Source: an uncultured Actinomycetota bacterium (GTDB lineage: Bacteria > Actinomycetota > Actinomycetes > Mycobacteriales > SCTD01). From it: a DNA stretch of 64,000 bases. The notes beneath the pieces were generated by a model. It worked only from the letters and a program-made list of their open reading frames with translations. It did no database searches and was not told where the DNA came from. The position numbers were made by a program, and so were the translations under genes. Location: NCBI GenBank assembly GCA_963761695.1, contig CAVXIB010000010.1, positions 69,559 through 133,558 of the forward strand, written 5' to 3'. Below, one piece after another: positions 48,384-58,500 of this stretch. Numbering within the stretch: position 1 is the stretch's first letter; each line of letters opens with the position of its first letter.

Positions 48384-50355
48384 TCACGTCGAGGCGAGCT
48401 GCCCGCTCCAGGCGGCGAAGTCGGCAGGCGCGGTCAGCCGTCCGAGCTTGCGGTACTCCTGCTGGACGGCCCGCACCAGGTCCAGCGTCGTCAGCGTCCG
48501 CCGGGCTGCCGCGGTCACCGTCACCGCTGTGACGGCGACGTTCCGGATCTCCCCTCCGGACAGGTCGAAGCGGGCCAGCGCGTCGAGGTCCAGGTCGGGG
48601 TCGCGGGGAACGAGCCGGCCGAGGCATGCGGCGAACAGCGCCCGTCGGGCCACGGCGTCAGGCCGGGGGAAGTCGACGATCACGTCGATGCGGCGGGCGA
48701 ACGCCTCGTCCAGGTTGCTCCGTAGGTTGGTGGCCAGCACGGCAAGGCCGTCGAAGTCCTCCAGGCGTTGCAGCAGATAGGCGACCCCCAGGTTCGCGTG
48801 CCGGTCCTTGGCCTCGCTGACCTGCCCGCGGCGACCGAACAGCGCGTCGGCCTCGTCGAAGAACAGCACGCCGTTGACGCCCGCGGCCTGCGTGAAGATC
48901 CGCTCGAGGTTCTTCTCGGTCTCGCCGACGTACTTGTCGACGACGGTCGACAGGTCGACGGCGTACACGTCGACGCCGAGCTCGTGCGCCAGCACCTCGA
49001 CCGCCAACGTCTTGCCGGTGCCGGGCGGGCCGCCGAACAGCGCGGTGACGCCCCGGGAGATCGACGAGGGCCCGCCCACGCCGTAGGCCCGCAGGGCATC
49101 CCGGTGCCGGAAGCGGGCCACCAGCTCGGCCAGCAGGCGTCGCGGTTCGTCGGGCAGGACCAGGTCGTCGGGACCGGCCTGGGGCCGGATGCGTCGCGCC
49201 AGCCGTTCCAGGCCCGACCCGTTCTGCCGCTGCGCACCACGCACGAGCGCGTCGTAGGACACCGGGACGCCGTCGGCAGCGGCGGCGAGCGCTGCGGCGG
49301 ACACGGCGCGCACGACCTGGACACTGCCCAGGCGCAGGTGGGCCAGGCGGACGGCCAGGGCCGGCGCCTCGGGCACGCCCCCCTGCTCGAGGGCCTGCTG
49401 CCAGAGCAGCTCCCTGCTGTCCCCTCCGCGGCTCGTGACGTCGACCTCCACCGGCACCTGCGAGGTCCAGGCCGGGTCCCACGGGCGTGCGCCGTGCAGA
49501 ACCACGGGCCAGCCTGAGCGGGCGAGCAGCCGCAGCGCCGGCACCACCTGCTCGACGGGGACGTCGTCGACCGGACCCACCACCAGTCCCCGGGCGGTGA
49601 GCTGCGCGTCACGCAGCGCGGTGCGCACCAGGTCGGTGACATCGGCTGCCGGAAGCACCAGGGCGAGGTCCAGCACGAACGGCGAGCCCATCACGGGACC
49701 GAGCGCCGCCTGAGCGCGTGAGGGCGCGAGACCCCCGGCGCGCTCACGCAGGTAGGTGAGGCGGGCGCCCGCGTCGAAGGCGCAACGCAGCCGGTCCGCC
49801 TCCTCGCACGGCACGGCCGGGACCTCGACGAGCACGTCGGCCAGTGCGGGGTCGTGGCCGGTACCCCCCAGAAGCGCGTCCAGGACCGTGGGCGGGACCG
49901 TCCACGGTCGACGCAGCATCGGTCCACTGCCGCGGGCGCTCCAGCAGGCCCTCCACCAGGAGCGCACCGTCGTCGCCGAGGTCGGCACGGGCCGACGCCT
50001 CCCACGCCGGGACGTCGGCCAGGCACAGCACGAGCTCTGCGGTCGCGTGCCGCAGGTCCGGCTGGCCGGCCAGCGCGGCGTAGAGGTCGCCGAACCGCGC
50101 GTCGAGGTCCGGGGCGGCGGCGACCAGAAGGGCCGTCACCTGCAGCTCGGACAGTCCGAAGACGGCCTGCACCTCGCGCAGCCGGACGCGCCCGCCCCCC
50201 GCCTGCGCCTCGTCCGCCCGGCACTCCGCAGCGGCCATCAGCGCGGTGGCCTCCTGGGGGACGGCCGCGCCGTCGATCAGGGACACGAGCTGCGCCTCGA
50301 GGGCGGCCATCCGGCCGAGGACGTACGCGGCCGACGGGTCGAGCGGGGCCGACAC
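48384..50355 (-). pseudogene. CIS-associated AAA+ ATPase (Afp15/Pvc15-like), one extra base as sequenced (GGG at 49934-49936)
   Basis: The C-terminal AAA module has Walker A GPPGTGKT and Walker B VLFFDEADAL. The N-terminal 140 aa (GTG 50355) are in another frame. Deleting one base joins ...LLVEGLLER to RGSGPMLRRPWTVPPTVLDALLGG. Length is 1972 nt. Confidence 0.8.
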
Positions 50356-50358
50356 GGG

Positions 50359-50811
50359 TCAGGCGCCCTCGGCGGCCGCGACGGCGTCGGCGGGGGAGGC
50401 GGTCCCCGCGACGACGGCCGCCACCGCGGGCAGGTACATGGCGGCCGTGGTCAGGGCGTCGCGGACGAGCCGGGCCAGGAGCGGACCGGTCGGCTGCTGC
50501 AGCTGCAGGTCCAGGCTCGCTCTCGTGCGCACCTCGCCGTCATCGAGGTCCAGCTCGACCGTGACGCCGAGCAGACCCCAGTTGGCCCGGGCGGCGACCT
50601 GCGCGACGTCGGCCCGCCGGGCCTGCGGCACGACGTCGTCCGCGACCGCGTAGACGAGCAGCGCCTCGTCCTCCTCGTCCACGACGACGGCGACGTGGAG
50701 CACCTCGTCGCCGACCTCGAACGCCCCGCGCAGGACACCCGCCTCCGGGTCGCGCTCGAGGTCGAGGTCCGCACTGGTCAGCAGGTCGGCGACCTCGTCG
50801 AACCGGCTCAT
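50359..50811 (-). CDS. YbjN-like (type III secretion chaperone-fold) protein
   Basis: A 150-aa acidic protein (...FEVGDEVLHVAVVVDEEDEALLVYAVADDVV...ANWGLLGVTVELDLDDGEV...). It lies 3 nt upstream of the ATPase gene. Confidence 0.55.
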   Translation of the reverse strand: MSRFDEVADLLTSADLDLERDPEAGVLRGAFEVGDEVLHVAVVVDEEDEALLVYAVADDVVPQARRADVAQVAARANWGLLGVTVELDLDDGEVRTRASLDLQLQQPTGPLLARLVRDALTTAAMYLPAVAAVVAGTASPADAVAAAEGA

Positions 50812-50824
50812 GCCGGCACTCCGG

Positions 50825-52567
50825 TCACGCCCGTACCGGCTTGCGCTTCATCAGTCCGGCGCCGACCAGCGCCTCCTCCAGCCGCTGCTCCCGGTCCGCC
50901 TGGTCGCCGGGGTTGCGGCGCTTCGGCCGTCTCGGCGCAGGTCCGGCGACGACGGGCGCCGCGGCCGGCACGACGGGGGCGGGAGGCGGGTCGGCAGGCA
51001 GCGCCAGGGGGGTGAGCTTGTGGCTCGCTCCGCTCCTGGCCATGTCCTGGAACTCGGCCGCCTTCTTGAGGTAGCCACCGTGTGCGGTGTCTGCTGTGGC
51101 GTCGGCGTAGGCGGCGTCGTCCCAGTCCGTGACCAGCTTGCCGTCCTTCTTCAGGCCCTTGACGTGCTTCTTGACATGCTGGAAGCGCCGGACGGCGTCC
51201 TTCACCGTGGCGTCGTCGAGCCGCGCCGGATCGTCGGCGCGACCTTGGACCACCTTGCGGTACTGCTTGCTCCGCATCCCCAGCAACCGTTCGGCGGTAC
51301 CCGCGTCGACCTGCTGGGGCAGGCCGAAGTAGCTGTCCCGCTCCTCGTTGAGCTCCTTGGGGTCGTACCGCCCGCCCTGCCCGGCGAACCGGCGGTCGAA
51401 CGCCTGGTCGTTGTCGATGCCCCTGGCCCTGCCGGTCTTGGTGTTGATCATGATGTTACCGCCGTGCCGGTCGCTCTGGCCGGTGATGGCGTCCTGCAGC
51501 TGCAGGTCAGCCAGCGACTTCTGCGTGGCAGGGTTCTTGAAGTCGTGCTCCAGGACGTGCTCGCTCCCCTTCCACATCAGCGTGCCGTCGACCCGCTTGA
51601 CGGTGCCCTCCGGGTACATCCACTCCTCGCCCTCGGCGATCGGCGTGTCGTAGTTGCCCTGCACCAGGGGTGCGTGTCCGGCGCCGAGGTCCGCCGATAC
51701 CGAACCCTTCTCCGTGCCGTGCACGGCGAACTCCTCGCGCGCGAGCTGACGAAAGCCCAGCGCGCGGTCGACGCGGGAGGACGCCACAGCCCGGGCCGAG
51801 TTGCCCTCCTGGCTGAACGCCGACTGACCATCGGGCTTGAAGTAGCCCTTCCGGCTCCCGCCGGCGATCCGGCTCTTGTAGGCCACCTTGTGCACAGGGT
51901 TGACCGAGCCTCCGTCACCGCGCTGCATCGAGACCAGGTCCGCGGAGGTCTTCCCCCACTTCTCACCGTCGGTGGTGTCGTCCGACTCGGGGGTCGGAAG
52001 CGGTGTCGGTGCGGGCGGTAACGGCTGGGCCTGGGCGGGGGAACCCTTCCTCCCGGCCTTGCGCTTGATCCAGTCCAACGGACCCAGCTGGAGCGCGGCG
52101 GCCGGTGCCGCGCTCACGGCGATCTCCCCCCCGCTCACCGCCCGCGCCTCGGCTGCGCCTGCCTCGCGCTCGGACGCGTCGTGCGTGGCGCTCACCGCCC
52201 TGGCGGCGGCACTCCCGCCACGGTTCTGCAGCACGTGGGTGACCTCGTGAGCGACCTCGTGCAGGGCGGGCTGGTCGTTGCCGAAGACGACCGTGTCCTG
52301 CAGCGTCGCGGCACCCGCACCGATCCGGACCATCTCGTCCCGGGCTCCGGTGCGCACGGTCACGTCCGACAGGTCCGCGCCGAACGAGCGCTCGAGCCTC
52401 GCGCGGAACGGCAGCGTCGAGGGCCGGCCCAGGCGCTGCAGCGCCGCGGTGCCACCGGCCACCAGCGTTCGGGCCGCCCGCTCCGGGGCCGACACTTCGG
52501 TCTGCCGGTCTGCAGGCGTTGTCCGCCGGGATGGCGCTTCGTGGTCGTGCTGGACCTGCTGCTGCAC
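50825..52567 (-). CDS. DUF4157 (HExxH) domain fused to a PI3/PI4-kinase-like catalytic domain; candidate CIS cargo/effector
   Basis: GTG 52567 lies 6 nt after GGGGGAGG. The DUF4157 part is LPFRARLERSFGADLSDVTVRTG...HEVAHEVTHVLQ. The kinase-like part has KGYFKPDG, GQSDRHGGNIMIN and GIDNDQAF (DRHxxN catalytic loop plus IDND in the DFG position). G+C is lower than in the neighbouring genes. Confidence 0.65.
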   Translation of the reverse strand: MQQQVQHDHEAPSRRTTPADRQTEVSAPERAARTLVAGGTAALQRLGRPSTLPFRARLERSFGADLSDVTVRTGARDEMVRIGAGAATLQDTVVFGNDQPALHEVAHEVTHVLQNRGGSAAARAVSATHDASEREAGAAEARAVSGGEIAVSAAPAAALQLGPLDWIKRKAGRKGSPAQAQPLPPAPTPLPTPESDDTTDGEKWGKTSADLVSMQRGDGGSVNPVHKVAYKSRIAGGSRKGYFKPDGQSAFSQEGNSARAVASSRVDRALGFRQLAREEFAVHGTEKGSVSADLGAGHAPLVQGNYDTPIAEGEEWMYPEGTVKRVDGTLMWKGSEHVLEHDFKNPATQKSLADLQLQDAITGQSDRHGGNIMINTKTGRARGIDNDQAFDRRFAGQGGRYDPKELNEERDSYFGLPQQVDAGTAERLLGMRSKQYRKVVQGRADDPARLDDATVKDAVRRFQHVKKHVKGLKKDGKLVTDWDDAAYADATADTAHGGYLKKAAEFQDMARSGASHKLTPLALPADPPPAPVVPAAAPVVAGPAPRRPKRRNPGDQADREQRLEEALVGAGLMKRKPVRA

Positions 52568-52833
52568 GGCAGACCTCCCCCTCGTGTTGAGCTGCGAGCC
52601 TCCCACTGCCGAGCCCCTCCGGCTCCTGCCTCTTGGGGCGGTACGGGTGGCGCACCTCCGCGACGCCGTCGTCCAGCTGGGCCGGTCAACGGTGTCCTCG
52701 CTCGCCACCCCCAACGAGGCGCACTGCCCCGACGGGCAGGTCCGACCGCCCCTTCCGACGCACCGCCGGTCGTGCGCCCGGGCCGTCCCCCTCGACAGTC
52801 TGGGCGCACACCAGACATCCCGAGGGGGCCGCA

Positions 52834-54387
52834 ATGCCGCAGTACCTGTCGCCGGGCGTGTTCGTCGAGGAGCTGCCGCCCGCAGCCCGGCCGATCGAGG
52901 GCGTCAGCACCTCGGTCGCCGCCTTCGTGGGCCTGGCGGCCTCCGGACCGTTCGACACGCCCGTGCTCGTCACCAACTGGACCCAGTTCTGCAAGAGCTT
53001 CGGCGACTTCGTCGAGGGCAGCTACCTGGCGCACGCCGTCTACGGCTTCTTCACCAACGGCGGGTCCACCTGCTACGTGGTCCGCGTCGGGGCGGCGGCC
53101 GCGAAGGCCGAGCCCGCGGAGCTGCCGCCGGCCGCCGCCGAGCTCAACGGCACCGACAAGACGCCGGCCTACACGGTCCGAGCCCTGGCGGCGGGCGCCG
53201 AGGGCAGCACGCTCAGCGTCGACGTCAACCCGGCACCGGCGACCGAGGGCGGCGACGAGACCTACACCGTCGTCGTGCGTCGCGGCACCGAGGCCGTGGA
53301 GACCTTCGAGGGCCTCACGACCAAGCGCGGCAGGACCAACGTCGCGACCACGGTCAACGCCCAGTCCAAGCTGATCAAGATCGAAGAGGTCGCCAAGGCC
53401 GGGACGATCGAGAAGCTCGCTCCCGGCAGCACCGCCCTGGCGGCCCCCGCCTCGGCGCTGATCCCCGCGCAGGCTGCGGTCGGCCCGGACGACTACGTCG
53501 GCTCGGCCGCGAACCGCACCGGCTTCGGCGTCCTCGAGACGCTCGAGGACGTCACCATGGTCGCGGTCCCGGACCTGGTCGCCGCGCTGCAGCAGGGAGC
53601 CATCGACCTCGAGGGCTTCAAGGCCGTGCAGCTCGGGATCATCAACCACTGCGAGCTCATGGGCGACCGGATGGCCATCCTGGACCCGCCCCCCGGGCTC
53701 GGCGCGCAGCAGGTCAAGGACTGGCGGACCGACGTCGCCGGCTACGACAGCAAGTACGCGGCGCTCTACTGGCCGCAGGTCAAGGTCTTCGACCCGCTGT
53801 CCGGTCGCAACGTCTTCATCCCGCCGTCGGGCCACCTCGCGGGCATGTGGAGCCGCAGCGACGCCGAGCGCGGCGTGCACAAGGCTCCCGCCAACGAGGT
53901 GCTCCGCGGCGTCGTCGACGTCGAGGCGACCCTCACCCGCGGCGAGCACGACCAGCTCAACCCGATCGGCGTCAACGTCATCAAGTCCTTCCCGGGCCGC
54001 GGCATCCGCGTCTGGGGCGCCCGCACCCTGTCGAGCGACCCGGGCTGGCGCTACATCAACGTCCGTCGCCTGTTCTCCTTCGTCGAGGACTCGCTGCTGG
54101 GTTCCATGGACTGGGTCGTGTTCGAGCCGAACGACCGCGACCTGTGGGCCCGCATCTCGCGCGAGGTCAACGCGTTCCTCTACCGCCTCTGGCAGTCCGG
54201 CGCCCTGTTCGGGAACTCCCCGGACGAGGCGTACTACGTGCGCTGCAACGACGAGACGAACCCCTCCGAGAACATCGAGGCGGGTCTGGTGACCACCGAG
54301 ATCGGCCTGGCCGCGGTCAAGCCGGCCGAGTTCGTCGTCTTCCGCCTGGCCAGCCTGCCGACCGGCACGGCGTCGGTCTCCGAGTGA
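52834..54387 (+). CDS. Contractile tail sheath protein
   Basis: MPQYLSPGVFVEE...STSVAAFVG at the N-terminus and NPIGVNVIKSFPGRGIRVWGARTL in the C-terminal sheath domain. 517 aa. Confidence 0.95.
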   Translation: MPQYLSPGVFVEELPPAARPIEGVSTSVAAFVGLAASGPFDTPVLVTNWTQFCKSFGDFVEGSYLAHAVYGFFTNGGSTCYVVRVGAAAAKAEPAELPPAAAELNGTDKTPAYTVRALAAGAEGSTLSVDVNPAPATEGGDETYTVVVRRGTEAVETFEGLTTKRGRTNVATTVNAQSKLIKIEEVAKAGTIEKLAPGSTALAAPASALIPAQAAVGPDDYVGSAANRTGFGVLETLEDVTMVAVPDLVAALQQGAIDLEGFKAVQLGIINHCELMGDRMAILDPPPGLGAQQVKDWRTDVAGYDSKYAALYWPQVKVFDPLSGRNVFIPPSGHLAGMWSRSDAERGVHKAPANEVLRGVVDVEATLTRGEHDQLNPIGVNVIKSFPGRGIRVWGARTLSSDPGWRYINVRRLFSFVEDSLLGSMDWVVFEPNDRDLWARISREVNAFLYRLWQSGALFGNSPDEAYYVRCNDETNPSENIEAGLVTTEIGLAAVKPAEFVVFRLASLPTGTASVSE

Positions 54388-54415
54388 TCACCCCCTACGT
54401 CCGAGGAGCACGAGC

Positions 54416-54895
54416 ATGACCACGCCCGCCGTCGGGATGAACCCGACCCAGAACGTCGCCGTCACCACCTGGTACCTCGACGCGAGCGGCACGTCGCTCG
54501 CGGCCTTCAAGACGATCTCCGGCATCAGCCTGGAGCTCAACGTCGTGGAGATGCAGCACACGATCAAGGGCGGCAAGACGTCCATCATGAAGTCGGTCAA
54601 CGCCGGCGGTGTGAAGCCCGGGAAGCTCACCTGCACCCGCGGCCTGATCCTCGACGACTCCATGTGGACCTGGATCCAGGACGCCATCGACGGCAACATG
54701 GCCAAGGCCCGCAAGAACATCACCATCATCCTGTACAACGCGGACGGCAGCGAGAGCAAGCGGTACGAGTTCCGCAACGCGTTCCCGTCCGGATGGTCGC
54801 TCGGTGACCTCGACGCGGCTGGCACCGACGCCCTCATGGAGACCCTCACGATCGAGCACGAGGGCTTCAGCCTCAAGGGCAAGAACGGCTTCTAG
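54416..54895 (+). CDS. Tail tube protein (T4 gp19 / Afp1-like)
   Basis: A 159-aa protein directly after the sheath gene. WYLDASG...FKTISGISLELNVVEM...YEFRNAFPSGWSLGDLDA is the tube-family pattern. Confidence 0.9.
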   Translation: MTTPAVGMNPTQNVAVTTWYLDASGTSLAAFKTISGISLELNVVEMQHTIKGGKTSIMKSVNAGGVKPGKLTCTRGLILDDSMWTWIQDAIDGNMAKARKNITIILYNADGSESKRYEFRNAFPSGWSLGDLDAAGTDALMETLTIEHEGFSLKGKNGF

Positions 54896-54901
54896 GCCAC
54901 C

Positions 54902-55360
54902 GTGGAGCGGACCGTGCGAGGACCGTCGGCGCTGCTGCCGCCGCGGCCCCCCGAGCACAGCGACCAGCAGCCGCACGGTCCGCAGGAGGGCCTCAGCACG
55001 GAGTTCTCGTTCGTGCTGCCCCGGGGGTACGTCGACGAGGACGGCCGGGTGCACCGCGAGGGCGTCATGCGCCTCGCGACCGCACGCGATGAGATCGCCC
55101 CGCTCCGCGATCCCCGGGTGCAGCAGAACGAGGCGTACCTGACCGTGCTGCTGCTCGCCCGCGTGGTCGAGCGGCTGGGCAGCCTCGACGTCGTCGATCC
55201 CCGGGTGGTCGAGGGCCTGTTCGCCGTCGACCTCGCTTTCCTGCAGGACCTGTACCGGCGGGTCAACCAGGAGGGCCACACGCAGGCCCTCGTCACCTGC
55301 CCGTCCTGCGAGCACGAGTTCACGGTGGACGTGGCGGGGAGCGGCCAGGGGGGGTCCTGA
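54902..55360 (+). CDS. CIS/phage tail assembly protein (chaperone-position gene) with C-terminal CxxC
   Basis: EFSFVLPRGYVDEDGRVHREGVMRLATARDEIAPLRDPRVQQNEAYLTVLLLARVV...VTCPSCEHEF. It sits between the tube and the tape-measure-position gene. Confidence 0.65.
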   Translation: MERTVRGPSALLPPRPPEHSDQQPHGPQEGLSTEFSFVLPRGYVDEDGRVHREGVMRLATARDEIAPLRDPRVQQNEAYLTVLLLARVVERLGSLDVVDPRVVEGLFAVDLAFLQDLYRRVNQEGHTQALVTCPSCEHEFTVDVAGSGQGGS

Positions 55361-55527
55361 CGTACGCGGCCGACCGCCTGCTCGAGGAGGTCGCGTACGT
55401 CGCCTACCACTTCCACTGGCCTCTGGCGGACATCCTCGACCTCGAGCACCCGCTGCGTCAGCAGTTCATCCAGCACATCGGTCGACTGAACGGCGCCGCG
55501 GGAGGTGAGCAGGGGTGGGACGGCTGA
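55357..55527 (+). CDS. DUF6760-like small protein in the -1 frame, no canonical start codon (CTG start or -1 frameshift extension of 54902-55360)
   Basis: The translation LTYAADRLLEEVAYVAYHFHWPLADILDLEHPLRQQFIQHIGRLNG... matches the small conserved CIS protein that normally begins MTY... There is no ATG/GTG/TTG in this frame in the 24 codons upstream. The GGGGGGG run at 55348-55354 is in X_XXY_YYZ phase. Confidence 0.5.
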   Translation: MTYAADRLLEEVAYVAYHFHWPLADILDLEHPLRQQFIQHIGRLNGAAGGEQGWDG

Positions 55528-58500
55528 GGGACGCCCTGCGTGGTCGTTCGACGTCGGTGCTGCTCGCCGGCGCGGGGTCACAGGCAGCGCTCCCGTCCGT
55601 GCCGGGCGAGGCCGGGAGCGCCGTCCCGCCGGCGGTCCTGACGACCGCCGCTCCGCGCGCACGGCAGGCCTCGGTGCGCGCGGCCTGGCGCGACGCCGCA
55701 CCCCTCGTCCCCCTGCTCGCGCAGCCCCTGGCCTGGGAGGCGGGCGCCGGGTTCACGCGCTCGCTCGCCACCGCGCCGCACCCTGCCGCGTGCTCTGGCC
55801 CCGCTCGGCCACGAGCTGCGCCAGGATGCCCCGCGCGGTCTGCTCGTCGGCGTCGCGAGGTCGCACGCGCCGGGCCTGGTCCCCGACGCGCTGCCCCTGC
55901 CGCGTCAGCGTGCAGGCCTCGACGGCGACACTGCACCCCGCGACACCGCATTCGGCGACACCGCATTCGGCGACACCGTGCCGACCAGCGTCGCGCCGCC
56001 CGCACCTGCCCGCACCGGCGACCGGCTGCTGCGCCGGGTCCGGCAGCGGCGGGCGACGCCGTCACCGACCGACGTCGTGCCTGCCGCCCCCGGCCGGGAC
56101 GAGCGGGCGCCCGTCGCCGCACCGGAGAGCCGCGCCGTCGCGCCTGCAGCAGCAGCCCTCGACGCACCCGCGGGCGAGGCGGTGCCGGCGCTGCCGCAGC
56201 CGTGGGCTGCCCGTCGCCTGTCCCTCACCCGTTCCACTGCCGGTGCTACTGCCGGTGCCGCTGCCACTGCTATGGCCGGTGCTACTGCCGCTGCCGCTGC
56301 CGCTGCCGCTGCCGGTGCCACTGCCGGTGCCGGTGCCGGTGCCGGTGCCGGACCGACGGTGCCCGTCGGCCGCGTGACGCTGCCGACGGCCCGCCGCCTG
56401 CCCAGCGTCGCGGCCGAGCTGCCCCGGGTCGGCGGGCCGGCCGACGTGGCGGGACCGCGCCGCGCGAGCGGACCCGCGAGCCCGCTCGGCCCGGGCCTAC
56501 CTCTCCCGGTCGCACCGCTGCTGCCCTCACCGGAAGGGACCCCCGCCGACAGCCGCACGGCCCCGGCCGAGGCGACCACGGCGCCACCGCAGCCGGCCCC
56601 GGCAGCCGGCCCGACGGCGCCACCCGTGGAGCGCGGGGCGCCGCCGCGCGCAGGTCGTGGTCCCGAGTCTGCGACCCCCGCCGTCCCGTCGCCCCTTCCT
56701 CCTGCCGTCGAGACCCCTCGTCGACCGGGTCCGGGGCGCAGTCGGCTGGGGGCACCCCTGCGCGGAGCGACGCCGCCGTCACCTGCACCTGCGACTGCGG
56801 CTGCGGCTGCCTGCTCCTGCCCCTGACGCCGACGCCTACGGCGACGGCAGACCCGCAGACCGCCGCCACGAATGGCCCCTCGACGGTGGCGCACCAGGTC
56901 CCCACCCGGACACCAGCTGCCCCCGACCCGGCCACGCTGCCGCAGCGCCCTCCGGGCGAGGGACCTCCCCCCGCCGAGGCGGTACCGGTTCCGTCCGGCA
57001 CGCATCCGCCGCCGACGCCGACGCCGACGTCCTCCAGCAGCATCTCGCCGGTCGAGCGGTCCCCGCTCGCACCGGCCCGCGGCGTCTCCGGACCCGTCAC
57101 TGCCGACGAGGCACACCCCACGTCACTGATGACAGCACCGCCGGTCGAGCCCGGGCACGAGGGGCTGCTGCCGCTGGCTGCGTCGACCCCCCTGACGCCT
57201 GCTGGCCTCACCGTCCCGCACGAGGTCGGGCCGCCCTCCGCGGACGGGCTGGTCGACCTGCCGCCGGCCCGCGGCGCACGTGCGGGCTCGCCGGAGGCCC
57301 TCCCGGGAGGGCCTGGCGCGTCGGGAACATCCGTCCCGTCCTCGCTCCCCGGAGCGGGCCCGACCGCCATGCCGGTCGGCCCGGCCGTCGGCCTGCCGCC
57401 GTCCGCCTCGGCACGTCCCACCCCTGGAGGTGCCGACCCTGCAGGTCCTGCCGCCACCCGTCCCGACCCTGCAGGTCCCGTCCTGCCCCTCACGGGAGCC
57501 GGCCCGACCGCACCGGCCGCTCCGCCGTTGTCGACGCCCGTCCCGCAGCTGCCCGTCGGCGAGGGGGATCCGCCGCCGGCCGCCGCCGGCCCGCTGACCC
57601 AGCGGGCGGCCACCCCCCCAGCGCAGCCTGACGAGCCTGGACCCCGACCGCTGTCGCCGACGTCCCCCGCCGCCCTGCCGCTGACGTCCGCCACGCCGCT
57701 GACCGTGACCGACCTGACCTCCCGTCGTCTGTCCGGCCCCGCGTCCGTCCCGGCCGGGCCCCCGTCCGCGCTCCTCCCGAGCCCCGCGCTCCTCCCGAGC
57801 CCCGCGGTCCTCCCGAGCCCCGCGGTCACCCGCGCGCCCCATGCCCCCGTGCCCGATTCCTCCGTGCCCCCGCCCGCCCCGCTGTCCGGCGACGGCGGCG
57901 CGCGCCCGACCACGATCCCCGACCTCACCCGTGCCTCGAGCACCGGCCCGTCGGCCCCGACCTTCGACCGGCATGAGGCCGGGTCCGGGCCGAAGGACCG
58001 TTCCGGCGTGCCCGCGCAGCAGCCGCTCGAGCAGTCGCTCGTGACGCGGCGCCCCGCCCCGGCAGCCCCGGCCTCCCCGGTGACGCGCCCGTCGACCACC
58101 CCCGACGCCGGGCCTCCCGCGCCCCCCGCCGGCGCCCCCGAGCCGGTCTCCGCGGACGGGGCCACCGAGCCGCCCGCCACCGCGCGGCCCCTGGTGGGGG
58201 CCGAGCGCACGTCCACCCTGCCCTCGGACATGGACGCGGGCCACCCTGTTCCCGGGGCCGGTCCCGCGGCACTCGTCCCGGCCGACCTGGTGCCCCTCGT
58301 GCTTCGCCGACCCGGCCAGCAGGGCGACCAGCCCCCGGCACCGGGGCCGCTGCCCGCCGACGCCGGGGGCATCTCACGCGGAGCAGCCGACCGGCCGATG
58401 GCCGCCCCAGGCACGCCGCCCGTTCGCACGCCCGTGACCGCTCCTGCCGCGTCCGCGACGCCGGTGGCGCCGTCCGTCCAGCCGGGGCCGGTGAGCATGC

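Noticed and set aside
56200-56350. Cys-Arg dipeptide repeat (CRCRCRCRCHCRCR) as a real metal-binding motif in the giant protein
   Set aside because: The same nucleotides in the +1 frame give an ordinary Ala/Gly linker, inside a segment where that frame gives natural sequence and has higher GC3 (hand count over 56401-56460). The Cys-Arg string is most likely an off-frame artefact.
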